Below the pieces are notes generated by a model. The model ran no database searches, was not told the origin of the DNA, and worked only from the letters and a program-made list of their open reading frames with translations. A stretch of 64,000 nt of DNA from NCBI GenBank assembly GCA_951406725.2, contig OX597822.1:118296001-118360000 (forward strand), in the 5' to 3' direction. How positions within the stretch are numbered: the stretch's first letter is position 1; every line of letters begins with the position of its first letter. The DNA is from Octopus vulgaris. Taxonomy: Eukaryota. Position numbers and translations under genes: made by a program. This document shows, one piece after another, positions 51,852 to 64,000 of this stretch.

Positions 51852-54213
51852 GTTTCTGATATAGGTACAAGATTAGAAATTTGGAGATGGGTGTCAGCTG
51901 GTACCATCAACACTATTACTCGACTGGTCCTCAATATAGAATATCCAAAAGGATGACAAGCAAAGCTGAACAGGACAGGATTTGAACTCAGAATGTAAAG
52001 AGCTGGAGCTATTACTGTAAAGCATTTTTACTGCTGTTCCAACAACTCTGCCAGTTCATTGCCCTGATAATGATGTTGGTAATGATCACAGCAATGATAA
52101 CAATGATAATAACAATCAACTCTCTTGTCAAAGATGACATAAGAGTCTTCAGTTTTTGTATGTGCTGTAACATTAGCTCACTCCCTCCATCAAATCAACG
52201 TTGCCTGAAACAGGTGTACAATATGAATGCAAACCAACATGAAATGTTTTGCTCAAGGACACAATGCACAACCTAGTCTAGGAATTGAAACCAGATTCTA
52301 AAACCACCCTAAAAGACTACATGACACCAAGGAATGTTTAGCAGGAAATTTTAATATAAATTAGATGAAAATAGTTCAATTACCAAAGAGAAAACTAATT
52401 AGAAGTGACTATTGTAAGTTCCTGTGTTATTTATTAGTACAAAGTAAGCATTTAACAAAAATAATAAAGATTAGATAATGCTCAAAATAGAGCAAAAGGC
52501 AAAGTATATCAGATCATAGAATGAGTCGTATGACAGGGCAATCGAAATATATATATCATATATTTTACTATTCCTGATATGATATCAGAGCCAAGGTATG
52601 TAATATCATGTTTTTGGCATATAATATAATAGTATGGGTGGTAATAGGCAGTATCATATATTCTGTATGAAAATAACATATTGGAACTTGGCCAACTCTC
52701 TGAGAAAATCCTGGGACATGTGCATGTAATTCATTCTTGCTTATCATAGTATAACTGGGAACAACACCAAAGTAGGTGATCGGGGAGGGGAAAAATAGTA
52801 AATCAGGGATATTTATTGAGTTGCTTCTATGAGAATAAATATATCAATACCAAAGAAAGAAAATATATAAAAGAAACTTCTGCAGGAAATATAGAATATG
52901 AAAGCTAGAAGAGACTGCAATGTTTGAGGAAGAATGCTGTTGACAAGAGAAAGCAAAATAAGAAATGTTGAGTTGTTTACTGCGTAAAAAAATACAAACT
53001 TATAGAAGCAAATGGGAATTCCGATGTAAGATATGAAGCAGGTATTGAACCAGAGTATGGTAAGTAACCAGAAGAATAAATATATGAATAAGTGAAAACA
53101 GATCAGACTAATATGAGTATTAGCCCCAGAAGACCCTTAAGATTCAGTCTGAATCTTACTGTATTACTGTATTTATTTTGAGATGCTCTGTGTTTCTTTG
53201 AATTATTTTAAATATAACAAAGAATTTAGTAAAATAACTTAGTTATCATTCAGCTAGTTTTAGGAACATAAATTGTGACTAAGGCTTGGTGGAAGATTTT
53301 AATTCAAAACTTATAGAAACGAGACATTTGTACTCAGAGCCAGAGGCGGTTTCAGATGGGTTGGTATCGAAAGAGTTAATATCTGTAGTTTAGTTTAGCA
53401 AGCTTCGCAAGATGACATCTTATTTCATCAAAGGAAAATAAAATATAAAAAATAATTGACACCTGGCTGGACGATTCTCGTTTTTGCAATAAAAAAGAAA
53501 CAACCAATAAACAAACTGCTTACATTGAGATTCCCCCTGCTATAAATCTTTATTAATCAAAATAATATTCAGTCTGTTTTTCAAATTGCCTCTGTTGGCC
53601 TTACTGCCAAGCTTGATACATAATTACAGTGACGATATTCTTGCCAAGTCTTAAAATTCATTGTAACATAGATAAAGTGAATATTTTATTCAAAGCAGAT
53701 ACTGTATGCAAATAACAGTGTGAGGGAGTACTGCAAGTGAGTAAGGAGTATCTACTATATACGCACCATGTAGGATCACTGTTACTAATAAAAATTTTTG
53801 ATGCATTAAGAGCACAAATAACCTACATGCGCCACAGATAGATAACTAATTTACAGATATAACAGTATATGATAACTCATTTCTTATGGTAGTAGAATGG
53901 TTGCAAATGCTTAAAAGTTAAAAGATAGTTGCTTATATTCTTTGGTGAGGGTCATACTGTAGTGAGAAGCTAACGGTAATAGTAGTAAGGAACTTCAGTT
54001 ATTACTAATATCCATTTAGCATTCAGATTATTCTGTCAAATATAATAATAATTCATTCACATTGTAACTAATCATGCATTATCTTCAAGATTTTGATGAT
54101 GCGATTGCTTGTTTTAAAAATGATATTGTAGGGCAGATGTAAAAGGCTTAATCCGGCCGGTTTGAACATAACAGAAAATATAGGAGTCAGGTATGATCAG
54201 TGTAAATGCTAAA

Positions 54214-54255
<42 letters not shown>

Positions 54256-55043
54256 AATTTAAAATGAGGGTGAGAAATTGGATATTAATTTAATCAACAT
54301 CAATTTAACACCAGTGGTCTAGCATACTAAAATTCTGAAGATTCAGTAAATTATATTATATACATATGAGAGGGACAATGCTTATGTTCTGGTGTTTGCT
54401 AAATTTTTCTTGAGAACATTTCTTAGTGGTTAGACCATAGTGGATCTACTTCTAGCATAAGGGTTGTCCACATATATGGAGATAGGCATCAGTAAATAAC
54501 GAATGTTTGTCATAGGTTAATGACAAACATATATAATGTTTGTCATTAACCTATAACAAATATTAATTACCTGAATAAATACTGCAATAATTCACAGGTC
54601 ATAGGGTGTGCAACAAGCAGAAAAACATATGTTGACCAACAACAACAATGGCAATGATGAAGATAATAATGAGGAGGAGGAGGAGGAGGAGGGGAGGATG
54701 GCTTCAGCATTGTTGCTTTTCATTCAATGTTCTTCAGAATTTTGACCATGAAATCTGCCAGAATGGCTGTTATTGTCTAAATAAAGACTTATATATTTAA
54801 GAATTGAAGGGGTCAAATATTCAAGCCATGAAGGAGTCATTAATATACGGAGATTATTAGGTGTGGAATAATCTACTGAGATAGGTAGTCAAAAAGTGAT
54901 AATTAACATTTGGAGATATATAAAGAAATGGGGGCCAGTCACTGATAAACAGAAACAGCAACCAAGAAATTGTTGATATTCAGGGACAATCAGCTGAAGA
55001 ATATCAGTAATTCAAATCTTCTTGAAATAATAATAATAATAAC

Positions 55044-55098
<55 letters not shown>

Positions 55099-55099
55099 T

Positions 55100-55159
55100 A
55101 CTGGGCTTCGTATATTTTACCCCAGTGTCACTTTGATGGCATGAACTGCTTTCTCACTC

Positions 55160-55199
<40 letters not shown>

Positions 55200-55322
55200 T
55201 TGTGCAAAATATGGCACCCTAGTCATAACACCAACTTGAACTTCTAACTTGTTGTCTCTTGAAGTCGCTGGGTGAGACTTGGAACCGACTTGTACCAATA
55301 CAAAGCAAAAGTGAAACATATA
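55100..55322 (+). mobile_element. Two stacked 3'-end fragments of different (TAA)n-associated retroposons
   Basis: 55100-55198 matches the end of the 16640-17190 element; 55200-55322 matches 51660-51780. Confidence 0.65.
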
Positions 55323-57904
55323 ATGCTGCTGCTGATGATGATGATGACAACTATAACAATAGCAATATTAATGATAATGACAATAATAATAAATGGCCAT
55401 TGATAGGAGGAATATCATGGAAACCAAGAGATTATAAATAATGTACAGGCCTCATGGAATTAGCAGAATTCTTAACAGATATTTCGGTTAGAGAGACAGG
55501 TTGACAAACTGGCAGAGAGGGAGAGGCAGGCAACCAGAAGAGTAATGGGGGGGGGAGAAATAACTAAAACAGGGTTTTAATGTAAGAAGCTGCTGAGATA
55601 ATGTAAAGAAAAATAGTTAACGTATTTCCAATCTTTGAATAAATACTCAGGGTTAATGTATATTGTAAGACAACTAAAAGGGTTGATGACAGAAAGGGCA
55701 TCGGTCCATAAAATGCTATCTCAGAGAGTCCACCTAATCCATGCCAGACCAAAAAGGCAGATGTAAAACTCACTGATAATGAATATGATAACAGAGTATT
55801 ATGTTGGCAATGAATATACTCCAGGTTCAAATCTCATCAAGGCCAACATTACCGTTTATTATTTTGGGTCAATAGAGTAGCAATCCAGTGTGGTGGTTGA
55901 TGGAATTGTAAGAGTATCAAACCTAATAATTTGTGGTAGCTGTTTTAACTTTTTTCCTTTCTGGGTGCAAATTCCATCTAGATGGCCATGGTTAATCATT
56001 TGACCCTGGAAGCACCAGGGTCAGTCCGCATTTGGGCTGTATGGATTGGCAGGGCTACAAACAACCAGCATAGATAAGTCTTTAGAGGCATATCTGAAGT
56101 TTTATCCAGCATGTAGATCAAAAAATACTATTGGAATGCAAGTTGACAATGCTAGAGTATAGATCTAAATTCCTAGAGTTATTTTAGTTTCATCGCCCTA
56201 TTTTGTGAGTTCAAATGTTACAAGGATCAAGTTGGTCATTCTGGGGAAAGGAGAAGGCTAATAAAATAAAAAATTACCAGTAGTTCTCTGATGTTGACTA
56301 AATCAAATTTGTTCTTTAGAAATCATATTTAAATCTAGTTTTAAAAAAAGATTTTCTGAAGCTAAATATTCTTTGTTGAAAGATCTTTTGGTGCATTATA
56401 TAGAATTGGATATATACACCTGGATATATGCATAGATTTATATATGTGAACATATGACTATGTATATGTCTATCTTCAAAGGACCATTAAAACCATTAAA
56501 GCTTTACAAATTCTATCATGGCAAATAATCCATTATTGGATTTATTATAACAGTAACCTGTCACTTTTTATACATAATAATAAATTCAATGGCTTGATTA
56601 AAATTTGATAATTCCCTTTCTAACAGCTTTTCTGCACCATGACCAATGATGGAGAAAACAAGTCACACAAACTATTCCATTCCACTAAGCATTACCGTTT
56701 TGTTGCTGTATTTCTCTTCAAATACATTGCCTTTGCTTCAATTAATTTTGAAAATAATGAAGAATTCAGTAAAAATAGTTGTCATGATTAATTTGGTGTC
56801 TGGAACGAATTAACATGAAATTTTAATGGGAGGTTTTAATTTAAATCAATTTAACTTTTTTGTTACCATATTTCTGTTGGAATATCCCGCCTTTGTTTCA
56901 CTTAATTTTGAAAAGATGAATTTAGTAAAATAATTTTATCGTTATTAATCCAGTGTTTGGATCATAAACCAACATGAAATCTTAATGGCAATTTTAATTT
57001 AGATCTCTTTAAAACAGGTAACTCATCTGCTATCATAGGTCCAAGGGCAGTCTCAGGTAAGAACACGAATTTGAGAAAGGAGAATTTCCAGTTGCAGATC
57101 TATAAAATTTTGTCTGTTCTCAGTGGCTGCTTCAGTTATTCAGGTAAACGTAACTTGATGGGTGATGTGCTGTGCAAACATGACATGCCTTATTTGATAC
57201 ACTGTAAAATCTCTTCAGTCACACCCTTAGTGGACCCATTATGTATTTTAAAAAGGGGAAAGGACATCTTTTCCTCTAACTGATGTCAATGTATGTGACC
57301 ACGAGAGCCTGTTGTACTGTGAAAGGTCAGCTTTGTCTGCAGTCTACCTATGGTTAGTAGTCTTTTCCAATTAAGCACTGTATCAAATAGGACTTTACAC
57401 TATAAGGTGATATGTATGCATCTGACAACTGAATAATGACCAATTACACCTGAACATATGTGTGTGGGTGGGTGTAGATGTATGTAGGTATATACATGGA
57501 TAGATATATACAGGTAGAAAAATATTGATGTTTCTTATTAATTTCTCTTCTTTCTTTATAAACTGATATTAGACCATTTTATTATTATTATTATTATTAT
57601 TATATATGCTATATTTTCATAAAAATTTAGACATTGATATGTTAATGTATAAATTTTAGTGAAAATATGGTAATGGAAACAGTAAAAGAAAGAGAAATTC
57701 TATTTCGTATCTAATTTCATCTTCAGTTATTTCTAAAATTTGTGGTATGAGTGTTGACTACCAATTGGTAATCGGATAGCACCATGGTACTTTCTGTGAG
57801 TCTTCCATGTTTATATAGTATAATACGTAAAGCTAGAGACAGATATGAGATAACAACTGTACACACACACTTGTACATACATGCATATATATATAGAGAG
57901 AGAT

Positions 57905-57939
<35 letters not shown>

Positions 57940-58068
57940 CGCACACACACAAGTATATATATATGAATGTATGTGTCTGTGTATGTATTCAGTAGCAATT
58001 TATCAAAGAATATTCCTAGCTTTGTGAATTGAATTCTGTATTTTGTTGCTTTTTGGTCAAAACTTCAT

Positions 58069-58113
<45 letters not shown>

Positions 58114-58483
58114 GAAAGAAAAAGTGATTAATAAATCCAGGCAGATATTTATAAAGCACTCAGTGTTAAATAAATTTGGTAAACTCTCTCAAACCATCAG
58201 ATACCAACAAATGCAAGCAGAATCAGCATCCAATGTAATTCTTTATGTATGACAAGAAAATCCAAATATCAATTCTCGATATATTTTCTGTTCTGAGATT
58301 TTTTTCTTATTAGAGACGTTGTTTCCAAGAATTCCAAGGTTTTATGATCAAGGGAGATAAATCCTTAGAAACTCTGGAACTACACTGGAATCAATCTTCT
58401 TCAAAGAAACATGGAAATATTTTTCATCTAAATGCCTATCAAGGAAAAATATTTCCATCATACATAAATATACCTATATATAT

Positions 58484-58561
<78 letters not shown>

Positions 58562-58940
58562 GTGTGTATTTGTGGGTGTGTGTAAATATATATTTGTGCA
58601 CCAGCATACATATTTGTGTGTGTGTGTGTCCTTGGATTCTTTGAACCATCATGGTAAAACATATGCTGGTGTCTCTGTTTCGCAGCTAATCTTTGATGAT
58701 GTTGTTGTCTCAACTTTGTGATCCAGTTTTTTGCATCATTGGTTCAAACTTGTGGAAGCTACAGTACACCTGGTCATAACTGCTACATATAATCTTTACA
58801 GAAATATATATATATATATATATATATAACATTTGAGTGTTTTGCATATATTTATATGTGTAGGTATATATTTTACATCTCATACACACGCACATATATA
58901 CATATATACATACATGTGTATGTGTCTGTGTGTGCGTGTG

Positions 58941-59015
<75 letters not shown>

Positions 59016-59201
59016 ATCTCTATGAAAATGAAATGTGAATCATCACAAATTAAATGGAGAAAATTTTCAGAATAGATCATATGGGTATTGATAAATGCTG
59101 ATAACAAGGATCTCAACCAAAATACCAACATGAAGCCTAGGTCTGCATATATAACTGAGTATCTATCTGTCTGTCTATCTATCTATCTATCTATTTATCC
59201 C

Positions 59202-59245
<44 letters not shown>

Positions 59246-59845
59246 CCTATCTATCTATCTATCAGTCTATCTATCGTCTATCTGTCAATCTATCTATTTA
59301 TCTACCTGTTTGACTACCTTCTAATCTAAGTTTCTATCTCCTGCAAAAAATCCATAATATGGCACACACTTTTTTCACTGAAACCGATATTAAACATGAA
59401 GTGTTTACAACAAATGGTTTTAGGCTACTAATATTTTCCCTGTCCACATATACAAAGAAAAAAAAACACAATTATATGATAATTACAATTTAATTTTTAG
59501 ATGATTTTTACTCCCTATCAATATGCTTAATATAAAACGAAGTACTGAAACTAATCTATTGGATTATAATAGAACATTTATTGTAGCTGTTGTGAAATAC
59601 TGCATGATATATATGATATTAAAGGTTACTGAGACAATATAGGACCCCATATCAAGAGGAGTTTTGTACATAGAAAGTCCTCAACATGGACTCTTATAGT
59701 ATTTGTCTATCTAATTATCTATCTAGCGATCTATATACCTTATCTAATCAATGTAAAACATAAGCTCATATAAGCAGTATATCTGGATTTCTTTCTAAAA
59801 GTTTATGACTGTAATAAAGTACATCTTATGTCCCTGTTAAGCAAA

Positions 59846-59893
<48 letters not shown>

Positions 59894-60203
59894 ACACATA
59901 CACATATATATAAAGCACATAAACACATAACATAGTATATATAACCAACAAACAAAAAACAGTTTACATGTAAAAGTCTGTATGTGTATGGATGCATTGG
60001 TGCATGTGTATAAGTGCAGTGTGTATATGTGTGTATGTGTAAAAATATTTGTGTGTCACCAAAATATATTTTCAATATTTTAACCTTCTTTCTCCAATCA
60101 ACACCATTTTGCTCAAAATCCACTTTTTAAGAAACGCAACAGATTTTTCTGATCTAGTTCATAATATGACTTATGTATTTCTGTGAAACTTCATTTCAAA
60201 TGT

Positions 60204-60239
<36 letters not shown>

Positions 60240-60540
60240 GCATACACACATATACATACATGCATACATACATGCATACATACATACATATATATAATAC
60301 ATATATATGATGCATATCTATATAATGCATATATAATATATATTATATATATCATATATATATTGTATACATGCATGTGGATATATATATATATATATAT
60401 ATATAGACATAGACATACATGTACATATATAAGTAAATATGTATATTATATATATATATATGTGTGTGTATACAAATATATGCTATAAATATATACACAT
60501 ATATATACACATATATGTAAGTATATATATGTGTGTGTGT

Positions 60541-60574
<34 letters not shown>

Positions 60575-60823
60575 CCATATGAACAAATACATGCATATAT
60601 ACTATGAATATATATTATATATATATTCACTCAAAGCTGATGATTCACTCCTTCCTAAACTCAAAATATGTCACCCGAGAGGTTGAACATGGCTCAAAAC
60701 ACTTATTTGCAAAGTTTTAAATTACCAGCTTCAAATGAGGAAAATTATTGTATCAATTTTAGCGGCTACACTTTCTCTCCTGCTTGTACATCTATAAGTG
60801 TACATATAAATATACATATATAA

Positions 60824-60874
<51 letters not shown>

Positions 60875-60878
60875 CATG

Positions 60879-60923
<45 letters not shown>

Positions 60924-61023
60924 AAATATCCAATTGGAGAATTGATGCATAAACTTCATTTATAATAATAAATCCATGTTAATTAAGAAATTAAGACCTC
61001 AATATATAAGCATCTTTAAACTC

Positions 61024-61066
<43 letters not shown>

Positions 61067-61870
61067 AATACATATATACATACATACATACGTACATGCA
61101 TACATAAACCCACACACACATACATATATTCAATTAAAATGATCTATGATAGCAACATATTTAAAATAAAAGCAAAAAAGGCATAATTTTCACTTATAGT
61201 TCATATTTCATGTTCAGCAGCTGTTTCATTCAGATAATCACCACTAAATGTGCAATTACATAATTGTGATACATAAATAATTAATTTAAATTAAATTAAT
61301 TTAAAAGCTGTGTTTACCCAAATTATCAGGAATATTTATAAGTATACTTATATGAATGTGCAGAAGTAGAACCCTCACATATCAATTTGAAAAGCTGAAT
61401 ATTTCTAGGCAGTGGAGAAATCATTTTCCCAAGCAAATATGTAAATTGAAGCACATATTTTTTCTAAGTGTCTGCCATTTTGAAATACTTTGACGTTGCC
61501 TTATTTGATGGTTGTTTCACATGCAGAAGCATGTTACTTTTTATCCCTCACACACCTAATATGAGGAATTCTTTAAACTGCCTAAAATCACTCCTTATAA
61601 CTGTTAACGTTCACAGATGAGAATCTACTCTTGTTATTATTGTAATTTCTTTGTAATAAACTATTTCAGATTTAGCATTGTGATCTATTACAGAATTATT
61701 AAATATCAAGTGGGAATTTTCATTTTTTCATGAATGAAAAAAATGCACAAAGTCTCTTTGCTGAAGACAATATAATATATATATAACCTTAAATTGTGTT
61801 ATTATGATAGTATATAGTATCATACATTATAATAATGCTATATGAATCTATAATGTGTATGTGTGTGTAC

Positions 61871-61934
<64 letters not shown>

Positions 61935-61935
61935 G

Positions 61936-61978
<43 letters not shown>

Positions 61979-62307
61979 AATAAATACAGCAATTATACTT
62001 GAGCTACTTTGAGTTTCATGTTCTGATACTGCAGTAATCAAAAGAATTGTATTTTATACCATGCATGATCCAGTTGCCATTCAGGGTCAATTTCATTTTT
62101 TTCTTTTAGCCTAAATGATTACTAGATTGTGCATAGTATCCAACACAAGCCCATCCAATTACAGCACTATATGAGCATGAAATTTGTAACTTATGTACCG
62201 CTCCTGTATTCATTAAATAATATTTATTTCTCATGGGATTATTTTTTGCTAATCCTATCAACAATTGAACAGTACATTATATATATATATAAATGAATGA
62301 ATGTATG

Positions 62308-62359
<52 letters not shown>

Positions 62360-62368
62360 TATATATAT

Positions 62369-62419
<51 letters not shown>

Positions 62420-62436
62420 TATATATATGGATATAC

Positions 62437-62467
<31 letters not shown>

Positions 62468-63424
62468 GCAAGCACATTCATACAGACATGCACACATTTC
62501 TAAAATATTTAGCCACACATATATATAAAGAAAAATATGAAAAAAATTTTCCAAGAATACTTTGTGCACATGTTTTTCTGACATTTTGCCTAAGAGACAA
62601 TTTTTCCTTGTCTTTTAGATCCTGGTTCTTCAAATATAGATTGACAAAAATTGTCATTGAGACAATTTTTTTTTTTAATTCTACAAAAAACTGCAAATTC
62701 TTCAAAATATTTTCCATTTTGTGTTTTCCATATCTTTTCCCTTTATTTAACTACTTGCCAATGTCAGTATACATATTTGTGTATGCATATATACATATGA
62801 AGGTATATGTATACATATATATATACATATGCACATATATATATACATATATATGTATATAAGCATATATATATATATGTATATATAATGCATATATATA
62901 CATATACATATATATATATATATGTGTATGTATTATATCCAATGTTTTAACATGTATAAATAAAACAAGCCTCTAAATATATTTTACGTACTTACACTTA
63001 TACATATATGTATTTCAATATATATGTTTTTACATATACACTCATATGATGCTTATATAAATATAAAATGTATATGTACATATTTAATTATAAACACGAA
63101 ACAAAATTTAATTATTCTTCTAATTACCTTTTTAAATTTTTTTAAACTTTTATCCCCCTTCTCTTCCCGAGCAAAAATAAAACTGAAAAAATATGTTAAA
63201 GATATTAATATGTGTATGCATCTTTGTGTATATATATATATATATATATATACATACATATACATATATAAATATATATATACCAGCATATTGAAACATC
63301 AAAATTGCCAGCACAATGGAGAAGCTTCAATGAATATTCTCATTATGGCTGGATTAGATGAAAACGATAGCATCGCACAAGCTACTGTCCGATATATATA
63401 TATACATATATATATATAAACATG

Positions 63425-63468
<44 letters not shown>

Positions 63469-64000
63469 AACAATAGTTACATTTTCTTTTGTGGTACAAA
63501 AATATGGAAGTGCTCAATACACCCTTGTCTTAGAAGCACGTAGAATCTGACAGATATATATATGTGTGTGTTTGTGTATATATATATATGTATATACACA
63601 CACATGTAAATATATACATACATATAGACATACATATATTTACACTTATTTATATATATACACACGCCCATATATATATTTACACATATATATGTACATA
63701 TGTATGTATGTATGTACATACATATGTATATCACATATGCATATATATGTGTGTGTGTGTGTATTTATATATCAGATATATATGTGTGTGTGTGTGCTTG
63801 TGCGCATGTTTGCGTGCATGCTTGTATTCTCAAGACAACACCTCTTGCTTCAAATCAACCTGTTCATTCTTGCTAAATTAGCCACCATTTCCTCTCTACC
63901 TGTCCTCCAATCCCAATCTTTATGGAACATTTTAAACATACCTTTTTTTTTTTTTTGTATATATAACTTTGCACTTTACTATTTTCATGACAATGATGGC

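Overview
AT-rich, microsatellite-dense eukaryotic genomic DNA. The SINE and MITE repertoire points to an octopus (coleoid cephalopod) genome; this is inference from recalled repeat families. One real protein-coding gene is visible: three spliced + strand exons (28139-28246, 34813-34962, 43803-44089) encoding most of a PMP22/claudin-superfamily tetraspan protein most like TMEM47/PERP/VAB-9. Its TM1-encoding first exon was not found in the window. Everything else is repeats: two decayed DD37D (maT) Tc1/mariner transposons; hAT, mariner, Tc1 and piggyBac-type MITEs; two non-autonomous Helitrons; RTE LINE remnants; (TAA)n-tailed retroposons; several SINE families; and Penelope-like terminal repeats carrying hammerhead-ribozyme-like cores. 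Almost all ORFs in the track are microsatellite artefacts. The most notable oddities are a tandem array of hammerhead-like repeats in an intron, a 138-bp perfect palindrome downstream of the gene, a locally templated insertion with a snap-back hairpin inside a SINE, inverted SINE pairs in introns, and an apparent CpG-rich to CpG-poor transition near 29-31 kb. I found no convincing wholly new gene system. SINE/LINE boundaries are approximate.
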